Shown in pieces: positions 23,188-33,974 of a DNA stretch of 64,000 nt. Location: NCBI RefSeq assembly GCF_044324785.1, contig NZ_CP172129.1; one strand, 5' to 3'. The stretch is from Escherichia coli. GTDB taxonomy: Bacteria; Pseudomonadota; Gammaproteobacteria; Enterobacterales; Enterobacteriaceae. Numbering within the stretch: the first letter of the stretch is position 1; every line of letters starts with the position of its first letter. The notes beneath the pieces were generated by a model, which worked only from the letters and a program-made list of their open reading frames with translations, did no database searches and was not told where the DNA came from. The position numbers and the translations under genes are program-made.

Positions 23188-23496
23188 ATGCAGGATAATA
23201 AGATGAAAAAAATGTTATTTTCTGCCGCTCTGGCAATGCTTATTACAGGATGTGCTCAACAAACGTTTACTGTTGGAAACAAACCGACAGCAGTAACACC
23301 AAAGGAAACCATCACTCATCATTTCTTCGTTTCGGGAATTGGACAAGAGAAAACTGTTGATGCAGCCAAAATTTGTGGCGGTGCAGAAAATGTTGTTAAA
23401 ACAGAAACTCAGCAAACATTCGTAAATGGATTGCTCGGTTTTATCACTTTTGGCATCTATACTCCGCTGGAAGCCCGGGTATATTGCTCACAATAG
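23188..23496 (+). CDS. iss: Iss (increased serum survival) lipoprotein, Bor family
   Basis: ORF MQDNKMKKMLFSAALAMLITGCAQQ… with lipobox; matches Iss/Bor; start may be the MKKML methionine at 23203. Confidence 0.9.
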   Translation: MQDNKMKKMLFSAALAMLITGCAQQTFTVGNKPTAVTPKETITHHFFVSGIGQEKTVDAAKICGGAENVVKTETQQTFVNGLLGFITFGIYTPLEARVYCSQ

Positions 23497-23533
23497 TTGC
23501 CCATCGATATGGGGAGCTCATCTGCACTGTTCA

Positions 23534-23792
23534 TTAATATACTTCTGGGCTCCCTACAGTTGTTTTTGCATAGTGATAAGCCTCTCTCTGAGGGAGGAAA
23601 TAATCCTGTTCAGCGATGTCTGCCAGTCGGGGGGGCTGCATTATCCACGCCCGAGGCGGTGGTGGCTTCACGCGGGGATGGGCAGATTGATCTGATATGC
23701 AACCGACGACGACCAGCGGCAACATCATCACGCAGAGCTTCATTTTCAGATTTGGGCCACCTTTTGATTTCTCGTTTAACTTTTGCAGTCAC
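23534..23792 (-). pseudogene. Lambda-type lysis-cassette remnant: Rz (i-spanin) C-terminal fragment with embedded Rz1 (o-spanin) lipoprotein ORF
   Basis: Minus-strand ORFs …GRRRLHIRSICPSPREATTASGVDNAA… (Rz-like) and MKLCVMMLPLVVVGC…KPPPP…WIMQPP… (Rz1-like, proline-rich lipoprotein) in overlapping frames, as in lambda. Confidence 0.65.
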
Positions 23793-24355
23793 CAGACTGT
23801 GATTTATTTTAACAAATCAATAGCTTTCATAAAATTCTCGAAGCTGAAAGCTTAACTGAACCAACCAGCCTGGCTGGTGTTTTCTAAAGACAAAAAGGCC
23901 ATCAGCAAAACACTGATAGTCTGAATCACCTTTATCAATCATGTATGAAGAAAATATGCGCAATTAGTTGACAGTGATTATCATTTTCATTAAAAAGAGC
24001 GCGTAGCATTCTTATTTCATGAGGAAATTTACCCGCCAACAACCTGAGTAGCGAAAGCTGTTCATCCCCAATATTTTTGCTGGCGGGTTCTTTTTTCTAC
24101 TGTCCTCCTCCCCAGAGGAAGCATTCCCATTAATCATTACTGGCGAGGAGGCAAGAGAAAAAGTCGGTTCTTTGTCCCTAAATAACAGCATCATTTCAGT
24201 CCATGCAAAATCTGATTTACCAGCTCACATAATAACCTGATGATACACAGTGTAAGTTCACAGAGATATTGCAATTGCCTCCGGATAAGTAAGGGGAGAT
24301 TGCACTATGCAAATGCAGCACCTGAGGTTGGCTATCCTAAGCAGCCGATTATGCG

Positions 24356-25406
24356 TTGAGGCTTTCAGTGATGGCTGATATAGCAACAATGAGAATGAAG
24401 GCTCTGCACTTCTGGGATAAACACGGTATTTCTGCAGCTTCTGAAGCCTTTGGCGTATCCTGCCGCACGCTTTACTGGTGGCGTCAGTTACTGATCAAGG
24501 GAGGACCTGAGGGGCTAATCCCGCACAGTAAGGCACCTCTGGTGCGACGAAAAAAGCACTGGCATCCCGATGTGCTGAAAGAGATTCGACGCCTCAGGAC
24601 AGAGCTGCCGAACCTCGGTAAAGAGCAGATTTTTGTTCGCCTGAAGCCCTGGTGCGCATAACGCCATCAGACCTGCCCGAGTGTTTCCACCATCGGCAGA
24701 ATGATCGCCACCGCACACGATAAAATGCGGATGATACCAGTACGTCTGAGCTCGCGGGGTAAGGCTCTGCTTGTCAAAAAGCGAACCACCACCCCCCCGC
24801 AGGCCAAAGCACTACCGTCCGGTAAAGACAGGAGAGCTCATTGGGATGGACGCCATTGAGCTCAGAATGGGTGAAATGCGTCGCTATATCATTACCATGA
24901 TCGACGAACACAGCGATTATGTACTGGCGCTGGCTGTGCCGTCGCTCAACAGTGATATCGTCAATCACTTTTTCAGCCGTGCAGCCCGGCTGTTCCCTGT
25001 CGGTATCAGCCAGATCATCACAGATAACGGGAAAGAGTTCCTGGGAAGCTTTGACAAAACGCTGCAGGAAGCCGCCATCAAACACCTCTGGACCTATCCC
25101 TACACGCCAAAAATGAACGCTATCTGTGAACGTTTTAACCGGGCATTAAGAGAGCAATTCATTGAATTTAATGAAATTTTACTCTTTGAGGATCTGGCGT
25201 TGTTTAACCTGAAACTGGCGGAATATCTGGCGCTGTATAACAGCAAAAGACTCCACAAGGCGCTCGCACTAACGACGCCCGTGGAATATATTTTAAAAGA
25301 GAACAAAAATTGCAATATGTGGTGGACCCATACACAGCAAACGCACAGGCCGCCCCGGTTGGGTAGATATGTGGGATGGCTGGTTCAGACTTCAGGATAT
25401 GGTTGA
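24356..25406 (+). pseudogene. Integrase-core (DDE) transposase, IS481-family-like, interrupted
   Basis: N-terminal HTH ORF 24356-24661 and DDE-domain ORF 24771-25406 (…ITDNGKEF…YTPKMNAICERFNRAL…) separated by a frame break. Confidence 0.55.
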
Positions 25407-26171
25407 GGCTGGTGATGAAGTCTCTTTATCAGGAGATCTGATCAAGAGACAGCCGCGCAGGGGGATTCACTATGCTGGATTCTTTTAACAAATTCTCCGC
25501 TAACCAAAAAATAGACTTTTTGCATTCGTAAATGCGTTAAGAGATAATTTTTAAAGTTCCATCAATCTCCCGGCCAGTTCGTCTCGCGGCATTACTCACT
25601 ATCCGCACAACTTCAGTAAGATCATGACTTTTTCAATCGTTATCTGTTGACCAAGCTTTGAAACCACTAGCGTCCCGTCAACCTGACCTGGAATCGTCTA
25701 GAACCGCCCATAGTTGTGAATTGGCTAGAGTGTGATGGAAAGCAACGCTAAACGACCTAGTCACACATTCTCTTTTCCCTAACAATGACCATTTAGTGAA
25801 ATAACGTATCCAAAATGATGACGTGAAAGCCTGATACTGGCAGCGAAAAGCCGAAAAAACTCACCTGGTCAGGAGCAAAAATCGGATTATTCGCCAACAG
25901 CGTAATATCAGCAGTAGTTCTCGACACGCTTGCGCTATAGACAGAGGATGAAACGCTGCTGGTCGGAGTTCTCTATACATTTTTGGCGACGGCAGAACCG
26001 CTCACCAATGCCTTAACGTCTATCAGCCTTCCGGTGAGTTGGAACAGCATGCTCAGCGTTTGCAAGATATTCTCCACGGTCTGTAGCAGCGTAGGTTTCA
26101 ATTTAAATATCCCCAGATAGCCCTCTGGGAGCTTCCCTTTTTATTAAGTTTTAATTACCGTTGCAATAGTT

Positions 26172-26200
26172 AAATGATATTGGTAATTATTATCATTAGC
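26172..26200. promoter_or_regulatory. Possible Fur box upstream of iroB
   Basis: AAATGATATTGGTAATTATTATCATTAGC resembles the Fur consensus GATAATGATAATCATTATC; about 440 bp from the iroB start, so weak. Confidence 0.3.
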
Positions 26201-26641
26201 ATTTGTGTCTGTGTTGTTTCTGGTAAGGCTGAAAGGGAACAAACATCGCCTGTACAACGGCGTTTTTACTTACAGACCAGCGAAGGCGAGACTATCAGGA
26301 TGATGCATCGTGTGTCTAAGAAATCACGGTTCTTTCCAGATTCGTTGTTCGGTCTAACACTGCACAAATGCGTCAGAACATCCCGGCGTAGCTGTCCGAC
26401 GCCATTTGGGCTGTTCAACAGGACAATGGCGCGTAAGCGTTAATGGAAGTGGGGATACGGAGTTCCCTGTTCACCTGTGTATGTCACGGAAAAGTCTCTG
26501 ACTGAGCTGTCCATAACGCTGGTGAAGCACAAATGGCGCAGCATCTGGTAAAGCAGGTTTAACGAAAAGTCGTGTCCTGCTGCTGGCATATGAGTGCGTC
26601 GACTGCCTGATTTAGATCGTCAAGCGGAGAGGGATTTTCTC

Positions 26642-27757
26642 ATGCGTATTTTGTTTGTAGGCCCGCCTCTCTATGGGCTGTTGTATCCTGTGCTGTCTCT
26701 GGCGCAGGCATTTCGCGTTAACGGTCATGAAGTGCTGATCGCCAGTGGAGGACAATTCGCACAAAAAGCGGCAGAGGCCGGGTTGGTGGTGTTTGACGCC
26801 GCACCCGGTCTGGATTCCGAAGCTGGTTACCGCCACCATGAGGCACAGCGGAAAAAAAGTAATATCGGAACCCAAATGGGCAACTTCTCATTCTTCAGCG
26901 AAGAAATGGCCGACCATCTGGTGGAGTTTGCCGGACACTGGCGGCCTGACCTCATCATCTACCCTCCGCTCGGAGTCATCGGGCCGCTGATTGCCGCCAA
27001 ATATGATATACCGGTCGTGATGCAAACCGTAGGCTTCGGCCATACCCCCTGGCATATCAAGGGTGTAACGCGTTCGCTCACGGACGCCTATCGTCGCCAC
27101 AATGTGGGGGCCACACCACGTGATATGGCCTGGATCGACGTAACACCGCCGAGTATGAGCATTCTGGAAAACGACGGTGAACCCATTATTCCGATGCAGT
27201 ACGTCCCGTATAACGGTGGCGCGGTGTGGGAACCATGGTGGGAGAGAAGGCCCGAGCGTAAACGTCTGCTGGTGAGTCTCGGCACTGTCAAACCGATGGT
27301 TGACGGCCTTGATCTAATCGCCTGGGTTATGGATTCTGCCAGTGAGGTCGATGCCGAGATCATCCTGCATATTTCAGCCAATGCGCGGTCCGATTTGCGC
27401 TCGCTGCCGTCAAATGTTCGCCTGGTTGACTGGATACCCATGGGTGTCTTCCTCAACGGCGCAGATGGTTTCATTCATCATGGCGGAGCAGGCAATACCC
27501 TGACAGCGCTACACGCTGGTATTCCACAAATCGTCTTCGGCCAGGGAGCCGATCGCCCGGTAAATGCCCGCGTTGTTGCCGAACGCGGCTGCGGGATTAT
27601 CCCTGGCGACGTCGGCCTGTCGAGTAACATGATCAATGCTTTCCTCAACAATCGCTCACTTCGCAAAGCCTCTGAAGAGGTAGCAGCGGAAATGGCGGCG
27701 CAACCCTGCCCAGGTGAAGTGGCGAAAAGCCTGATCACAATGGTACAGAAAGGGTAA
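26642..27757 (+). CDS. iroB: IroB, enterobactin C-glucosyltransferase (salmochelin synthesis)
   Basis: GT1-family glycosyltransferase (MRILFVGPPLYG… HHGGAGNT); first gene of the iroBCDE operon; start taken at MRILFVG. Confidence 0.9.
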   Translation: MRILFVGPPLYGLLYPVLSLAQAFRVNGHEVLIASGGQFAQKAAEAGLVVFDAAPGLDSEAGYRHHEAQRKKSNIGTQMGNFSFFSEEMADHLVEFAGHWRPDLIIYPPLGVIGPLIAAKYDIPVVMQTVGFGHTPWHIKGVTRSLTDAYRRHNVGATPRDMAWIDVTPPSMSILENDGEPIIPMQYVPYNGGAVWEPWWERRPERKRLLVSLGTVKPMVDGLDLIAWVMDSASEVDAEIILHISANARSDLRSLPSNVRLVDWIPMGVFLNGADGFIHHGGAGNTLTALHAGIPQIVFGQGADRPVNARVVAERGCGIIPGDVGLSSNMINAFLNNRSLRKASEEVAAEMAAQPCPGEVAKSLITMVQKG

Positions 27758-27770
27758 CCACTACACCTTC

Positions 27771-30700
27771 ATGATAATCATATGCCAGCACCCATCCAGG
27801 AGTCATGCATCCATAACAATGCGGGACCGGAGCGTGCTGGCTTTTTTGCGGAACGATCCGGCCAGTGGATCGTATTTTACAGACGGAGGAGGCTTAATGC
27901 CTGCGAATCACACTCCCACACCGGCTCAGTCATGGATAGTTCGCCTAGCGCGCGTGTGCTGGGAACGTAAGAAACTTAGTGTCATCGTGGTGGTAGCGTC
28001 AGTATCGACTATTTTGCTGGCTGCGCTGACGCCACTGCTGACAAGACAGGCTGTGAATGACGCACTGGCGGGCAATCCGGCCCGCCTGCCGTGGCTGGCC
28101 TGCGGGTTACTGTTGATCGCTTTTTTTGATTTCATCGGTAACTATGTGCGCCGTGGTTATGCCGGGATGCTCTCACTCTGGGTGCAGCATACCCTCAGAG
28201 GACGGGTATTCGACAGTATTCAGAAACTTGACGGCGCAGGCCAGGATGCGCTGCGCACCGGGCAGGTGATTTCACGGACCAACAGCGATCTGCAGCAGGT
28301 GCATACCCTGCTGCAGATGTGCCCGGTGCCGCTGGCAGTGTTCACTTATTACATTGCCGGCATTGCCGTGATGCTGTGGATGTCCCCTGCCATGACGCTT
28401 ATCGTCGTGTGCGTACTGGTATGCCTGGCGATCACCGCGCTTCGTGCGCGTCGTAGGGTCTTCGCGCAAACCGGGCTGGCCTCGGACCAACTGGCGAATC
28501 TCACCGAACATATACGCGAGGTGCTGGCACAGATCTCAGTGGTAAAATCCTGTGTGGCAGAGATGCGTGAAACGCACTGGCTCGATAGGCAGTCGCGGCA
28601 GATTGTGCGTGTACGCATCGGTGCGGTTATCTCGCAGGCGATGCCTGGGGCCACCATGCTGGCGCTACCGGTGCTCGGGCAAATCGTCCTGCTGTGCTAC
28701 GGCGGGTGGTCGGTCATGCACGGGCGGATCGATCTCGGTACCTTCGTTGCATTCGCCAGCTTCCTCGCGATGCTGACCGGGCCAACCCGCGTACTGGCAT
28801 CGTTTCTGGTTATCGCACAGCGCACTCAGGCGTCCGTGGAGCGGGTGTTTGCACTGATCGACACCCGTTCACAGATGGAGGACGGGACGGAGTCGATTAA
28901 CAGTCAGGTTGTCGGACTGGAACTGGAGAATATGAGCTTTGACTACCACCATGGCGACAGACATATCCTCAGCAATATCTCCTTTTCCCTGCGCGCCGGT
29001 GAAACCGTGGCGGTGGTGGGCGCATCGGGTTCAGGAAAATCGACCCTGTTGATGCTACTGGCGCGTTTTTATGATCCCTGCTCCGGAAAGATATGGCTCA
29101 ACACCAGCGAAGGCCGACAAAATCTTCGCGATATCAGACTGGAGGCGCTTCGTCGCCGGGTAGGCATCGTATTTGAAGATGCTTTTCTGTTTGCCGGTAC
29201 GGTGGCGGAAAATATCGCCTATGGCCACCCTCAGGCAACGGCGGACGACATTCGCCGTGCGGCAGCTGCTGCAGGAGCCAGCGATTTTATTAACGCCCTG
29301 CCGAAAGGCTTCGATAGCCTGTTAACCGAACGGGGTACGAATCTTTCCGGCGGGCAGAGGCAGCGAATAGCGCTGGCGCGGGCGCTCATTACTGCACCGG
29401 ACGTGTTAATCCTGGATGATACTACCTCAGCGGTTGATGCTGTTACGGAAGCGGAGATTAATACCGCGCTGGGTCGCTATGCTGACGAAGGGCATATGCT
29501 GCTGGTGATTGCCCGACGGCGTTCAACACTTCAGCTAGCCAGCCGGGTTGTGGTGCTGGATAAGGGCCGTATGGTGGATACCGGAACCCCGGCAGAACTT
29601 GAAGCGCGCTGTCCGGCGTTCCGCGCACTGATGACCGGCGACAGCGATTTTCTGGCCACGTCCCACAATAGCCACAACGAATTGTGGCCGGCTGAACCAG
29701 CGACACAAGACGATGTAACGGATACGGGGGATAAAGGTTTTGTCGCCCGTATGACCCGCGTACCGGAAAATGCAGTACAGCAGGCGCTGGCCGGTAAAGG
29801 TCGCAAAGTCACGTCACTACTGAAGCCTGTGGCGTGGATGTTCGTCATCGCCGCTCTGCTGATCGCACTCGATTCTGCGGCAGGCGTAGGGGTACTGATA
29901 CTGTTGCAGCACGGCATTGACTCCGGTGTCGCCGCAGGCGATATGTCGATCATCGGCCTCTGTGCCCTGCTCGCCCTGTGCCTGGTCATTGTGGGCTGGT
30001 GCAGTTATTCTCTGCAGACGGTCTTCGCCGCCAGAGCGGCGGAATCAGTTCAGCATTCGGTGCGCTTGCGCAGCTTCGGCCATATGCTGCGTCTTGGACT
30101 CCCCTGGCATGAAAAGCATGCCGATTCGCGTCTTACCCGCATGACCGTTGATGTGGACTCTCTCGCCCGCTTTCTGCAAAACGGCCTTGCCGGTGCGGCC
30201 ACCAGTCTGGTGACGATGTTCGCAATCGCCGCCACCATGTTCTGGCTCGACCCGTTCCTGGCGCTGACGGCATTAAGCGCAGTGCCAGTGGCCGCACTGG
30301 CAACCATGATTTATCGCCGCCTCAGTACCCCTGCTTATGCACAGGCACGGCTGGAAATAGGCAAAGTCAACAGCACCCTGCAGGAAAAAGTCTCTGGCCT
30401 GCGTGTCGTGCAATCGCATGGTCAGCAGGAACTGGAGGGCGCCCGGCTGCGCGCGTTATCGGAGCGTTTCCGCGCAACCCGTGTGCGAGCACAAAAATAC
30501 CTTGCAGTCTATTTTCCGTTCCTGACATTCTGCACCGAGGCCTCCTATGCCGCTGTTCTGTTAGTGGGAGCTTCGCAGGTCGCCGCTGGAGAAATGACTG
30601 CCGGGGTACTGGCGGCTTTCTTCCTGTTGCTGGGGCAATTCTATGGGCCAGTGCAGCAGTTATCAGGGATTGTCGACGCCTGGCAGCAGGCGACAGCCAG

Positions 30701-31556
30701 CGGCAAACATATTGATGAACTACTGGCGACAGAAGGCACTGAGAACCTCGGGTCCTCTTCGGTCCTCCCTGTCACCGGTGCACTGCATCTTGATGAGGTC
30801 ACGTTCAGTTATCCCGACAGTCACGAGCCAGCTCTGAACAAACTTACCCTGACGATCCCAGAGGGAATGGTTGTCGCGGTCGTCGGTCGCAGCGGTGCGG
30901 GTAAGTCGACGCTGATTAAGCTGATTGCCGGGTTGTATTTCCCCACGCACGGCAACATCAGAATCGGTGTGCAAATGCTCGATGATGCCTCGCTCACTGA
31001 GTATCGTCGCCAGATTGGGCTTGTCGATCAGGATGTAGCACTGTTTAGTAGTGATATTGCAGAAAACATTCGTTATTCACGGCCATCCGCCACCAATGAA
31101 GACGTTGAAATTGCCTCACAGCGGGCAGGGCTGTATGAGATGGTGTGCAATCTGCCGCAGGGATTCCGGACACCGGTGAATAACGGCGGAGCCGATCTGC
31201 CCGCAGGTCAGCGCCAGTTGATTGCGCTGGCCCGCGCGCAACTGGCGAATGCCCACATCCTGCTGCTCGACGAAGCCACGTCATGTCTGGATCGCACATC
31301 CGAAGAACGACTGATGTCATCGTTAACAGATGTCGTGCATGCCGGGAAGCACTCGGCGCTGATTGTTGCACATCGTCTGACCACCGCGCAACGCTGCGAT
31401 CTGATTGCCGTTATTGATAAGGGGTTACTTGCGGAATACGGAACCCACGAACAGCTGTTATCTGCGGGCGGCCTCTATACCCGCTTATGGCATGACAGCG
31501 TCAGCAGTACTGCTCTCCATCGCCAGCACAACATGAAGGAGGAAACCCCGGGATAG
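27771..31556 (+). CDS. iroC: IroC, ABC exporter with two fused transmembrane/ATPase halves (salmochelin export)
   Basis: Two Walker A motifs (GASGSGKST, GRSGAGKST) and two ABC signatures (LSGGQRQR, LPAGQRQL); an alternative start at MPANHTP (27897) is possible. Confidence 0.9.
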   Translation: MIIICQHPSRSHASITMRDRSVLAFLRNDPASGSYFTDGGGLMPANHTPTPAQSWIVRLARVCWERKKLSVIVVVASVSTILLAALTPLLTRQAVNDALAGNPARLPWLACGLLLIAFFDFIGNYVRRGYAGMLSLWVQHTLRGRVFDSIQKLDGAGQDALRTGQVISRTNSDLQQVHTLLQMCPVPLAVFTYYIAGIAVMLWMSPAMTLIVVCVLVCLAITALRARRRVFAQTGLASDQLANLTEHIREVLAQISVVKSCVAEMRETHWLDRQSRQIVRVRIGAVISQAMPGATMLALPVLGQIVLLCYGGWSVMHGRIDLGTFVAFASFLAMLTGPTRVLASFLVIAQRTQASVERVFALIDTRSQMEDGTESINSQVVGLELENMSFDYHHGDRHILSNISFSLRAGETVAVVGASGSGKSTLLMLLARFYDPCSGKIWLNTSEGRQNLRDIRLEALRRRVGIVFEDAFLFAGTVAENIAYGHPQATADDIRRAAAAAGASDFINALPKGFDSLLTERGTNLSGGQRQRIALARALITAPDVLILDDTTSAVDAVTEAEINTALGRYADEGHMLLVIARRRSTLQLASRVVVLDKGRMVDTGTPAELEARCPAFRALMTGDSDFLATSHNSHNELWPAEPATQDDVTDTGDKGFVARMTRVPENAVQQALAGKGRKVTSLLKPVAWMFVIAALLIALDSAAGVGVLILLQHGIDSGVAAGDMSIIGLCALLALCLVIVGWCSYSLQTVFAARAAESVQHSVRLRSFGHMLRLGLPWHEKHADSRLTRMTVDVDSLARFLQNGLAGAATSLVTMFAIAATMFWLDPFLALTALSAVPVAALATMIYRRLSTPAYAQARLEIGKVNSTLQEKVSGLRVVQSHGQQELEGARLRALSERFRATRVRAQKYLAVYFPFLTFCTEASYAAVLLVGASQVAAGEMTAGVLAAFFLLLGQFYGPVQQLSGIVDAWQQATASGKHIDELLATEGTENLGSSSVLPVTGALHLDEVTFSYPDSHEPALNKLTLTIPEGMVVAVVGRSGAGKSTLIKLIAGLYFPTHGNIRIGVQMLDDASLTEYRRQIGLVDQDVALFSSDIAENIRYSRPSATNEDVEIASQRAGLYEMVCNLPQGFRTPVNNGGADLPAGQRQLIALARAQLANAHILLLDEATSCLDRTSEERLMSSLTDVVHAGKHSALIVAHRLTTAQRCDLIAVIDKGLLAEYGTHEQLLSAGGLYTRLWHDSVSSTALHRQHNMKEETPG

Positions 31557-31659
31557 TTACTGGACACGTAATGTATTAAAAACACAGTCAGAAGCGGCGG
31601 TACCGTGAATAGCCGCTTTAATTATTTATACTGACATCCTTAATTTTTAAAGAGTATGA

Positions 31660-32889
31660 ATGCTGAACATGCAACAACATCTCTCTGCTATCGCCAGCCT
31701 GCGCAACCAACTGGCAGCGGGCCACATTGCTAACCTTACTGACTTCTGGCGCGAAGCTGAGTCGCTGAATGTTCCTCTTGTGACGCCAGTCGAAGGAGCG
31801 GAAGATGAGCGAGAAGTGACCTTTCTGTGGCGCGCCCGACATCCTCTGCAGGGCGTTTATCTGCGTCTGAACCGGGTGACGGATAAAGAGCACGTAGAAA
31901 AAGGAATGATGAGCGCCCTTCCCGAAACGGATATCTGGACACTGACACTGCGTTTACCCGCAAGTTACTGCGGCTCCTATTCGCTGCTGGAAATCCCCCC
32001 CGGCACTACGGCTGAGACGATTGCACTGTCCGGAGGCCGTTTTGCCACCCTTGCCGGAAAGGCCGATCCGCTAAACAAAATGCCGGAGATCAACGTTCGG
32101 GGAAACGCAAAGGAATCAGTGCTGACACTTGATAAAGCTCCCGCCCTGTCGGAATGGAACGGCGGCTTCCACACCGGACAACTGCTTACCTCCATGCGCA
32201 TTATCGCCGGGAAATCTCGCCAGGTTCGGCTCTATATTCCGGATGTTGATATTTCTCAGCCCCTCGGGCTGGTCGTGCTGCCCGATGGTGAAACCTGGTT
32301 TGATCACCTTGGCGTATGCGCGGCAATTGACGCCGCCATAAATAATGGGCGCATCGTGCCCGTGGCTGTACTGGGCATTGACAACATTAATGAACATGAA
32401 CGCACTGAGATACTCGGCGGGCGCAGCAAACTGATAAAGGATATCGCCGGACATCTGCTGCCGATGATTCGCGCTGAACAACCGCAGCGTCAGTGGGCAG
32501 ACCGTTCGCGCACAGTGCTGGCCGGGCAGAGCCTCGGCGGGATCAGTGCGCTAATGGGGGCTCGTTACGCACCGGAAACGTTCGGTCTGGTGCTCAGCCA
32601 CTCTCCTTCAATGTGGTGGACGCCAGAAAGAACCAGTCGACCAGGCTTGTTCAGCGAAACCGATACCTCATGGGTGAGTGAGCATCTGCTTTCTGCCCCA
32701 CCGCAGGGCGTACGTATCAGCCTGTGCGTGGGATCGCTGGAAGGTTCGACAGTGCCTCACGTTCAGCAGCTTCACCAGCGGCTGATTACCGCTGGCGTCG
32801 AAAGCCATTGCGCAATCTACACCGGTGGTCACGATTACGCATGGTGGCGCGGTGCACTGATTGACGGGATTGGTTTACTACAGGGTTGA
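31660..32889 (+). CDS. iroD: IroD, cytoplasmic salmochelin/enterobactin esterase (Fes-like)
   Basis: 409-aa ORF with esterase motif GQSLGG; position within the iro operon. Confidence 0.85.
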   Translation: MLNMQQHLSAIASLRNQLAAGHIANLTDFWREAESLNVPLVTPVEGAEDEREVTFLWRARHPLQGVYLRLNRVTDKEHVEKGMMSALPETDIWTLTLRLPASYCGSYSLLEIPPGTTAETIALSGGRFATLAGKADPLNKMPEINVRGNAKESVLTLDKAPALSEWNGGFHTGQLLTSMRIIAGKSRQVRLYIPDVDISQPLGLVVLPDGETWFDHLGVCAAIDAAINNGRIVPVAVLGIDNINEHERTEILGGRSKLIKDIAGHLLPMIRAEQPQRQWADRSRTVLAGQSLGGISALMGARYAPETFGLVLSHSPSMWWTPERTSRPGLFSETDTSWVSEHLLSAPPQGVRISLCVGSLEGSTVPHVQQLHQRLITAGVESHCAIYTGGHDYAWWRGALIDGIGLLQG

Positions 32890-32973
32890 GTTGACCCACA
32901 AACACTTTCAGGAAACGGTACAGACTTCCTGAATAAATCAAATAGTCACCTGCGGAAAAGGAATAATCATCAG

Positions 32974-33930
32974 ATGTATGCCCGCGAGTATCGCTCAACA
33001 CGCCCGCATAAAGCGATTTTCTTTCATCTTTCTTGCCTCACCCTTATCTGTAGTGCGCAAGTTTATGCGAAGCCGGATATGCGGCCACTGGGGCCGAATA
33101 TAGCCGATAAAGGCTCCGTGTTTTACCATTTCAGCGTCACCTCTTTCGACTCTGTCGATGGCACACGCCATTATCGGGTATGGACGGCCGTGCCGAATAC
33201 AACCGCACCGGCATCGGGTTACCCGATTTTATATATGCTTGACGGTAACGCAGTTATGGATCGCCTGGATGACGAACTGCTCAAACAATTGTCAGAAAAA
33301 ACACCGCCAGTGATCGTGGCTGTCGGGTATCAGACCAACCTCCCTTTCGATCTCAACAGCAGGGCTTACGACTATACGCCAGCAGCAGAAAGCAGAAAAA
33401 CAGATCTCCACTCAGGGCGTTTTAGCCGTAAGAGTGGTGGCAGCAACAACTTCCGCCAGTTACTGGAAACGCGTATTGCCCCAAAAGTGGAACAGGGACT
33501 GAATATCGATCGGCAACGCCGCGGCTTATGGGGGCACTCCTACGGCGGCCTCTTCGTGCTGGATTCCTGGCTGTCCTCCTCTTACTTCCGGTCGTACTAC
33601 AGCGCCAGCCCGTCGTTGGGCAGAGGTTATGATGCTTTGCTAAGCCGCGTTACGGCGGTTGAGCCTCTGCAATTCTGCGCCAAACACCTGGCGATAATGG
33701 AAGGCTCGGCGACACAGGGTGATAACCGGGAAACGCATGCTGTCGGGGTGCTGTCGAAAATTCATACCACCCTCACTATACTGAAAGATAAAGGCGTCAA
33801 TGCCGTATTTTGGGATTTCCCCAACCTAGGACACGGGCCGATGTTCAATGCCTCCTTTCGCCAGGCACTGTTAGATATCAGTGGTGAAAACGCAAATTAC
33901 ACAGCAGGTTGTCATGAGTTAAGCCACTAA
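32974..33930 (+). CDS. iroE: IroE, periplasmic salmochelin esterase
   Basis: 318-aa ORF with signal peptide and esterase motif GHSYGG. Confidence 0.85.
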   Translation: MYAREYRSTRPHKAIFFHLSCLTLICSAQVYAKPDMRPLGPNIADKGSVFYHFSVTSFDSVDGTRHYRVWTAVPNTTAPASGYPILYMLDGNAVMDRLDDELLKQLSEKTPPVIVAVGYQTNLPFDLNSRAYDYTPAAESRKTDLHSGRFSRKSGGSNNFRQLLETRIAPKVEQGLNIDRQRRGLWGHSYGGLFVLDSWLSSSYFRSYYSASPSLGRGYDALLSRVTAVEPLQFCAKHLAIMEGSATQGDNRETHAVGVLSKIHTTLTILKDKGVNAVFWDFPNLGHGPMFNASFRQALLDISGENANYTAGCHELSH

Positions 33931-33974
33931 ACACTGCCCGCTTTTACGCGGGCAGTACGCCTGAAACACTACGA

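Noticed and set aside
29458-30307. Minus-strand ORFs inside iroC
   Set aside because: Antisense to the ABC transporter gene with clear Walker and signature motifs on the plus strand.
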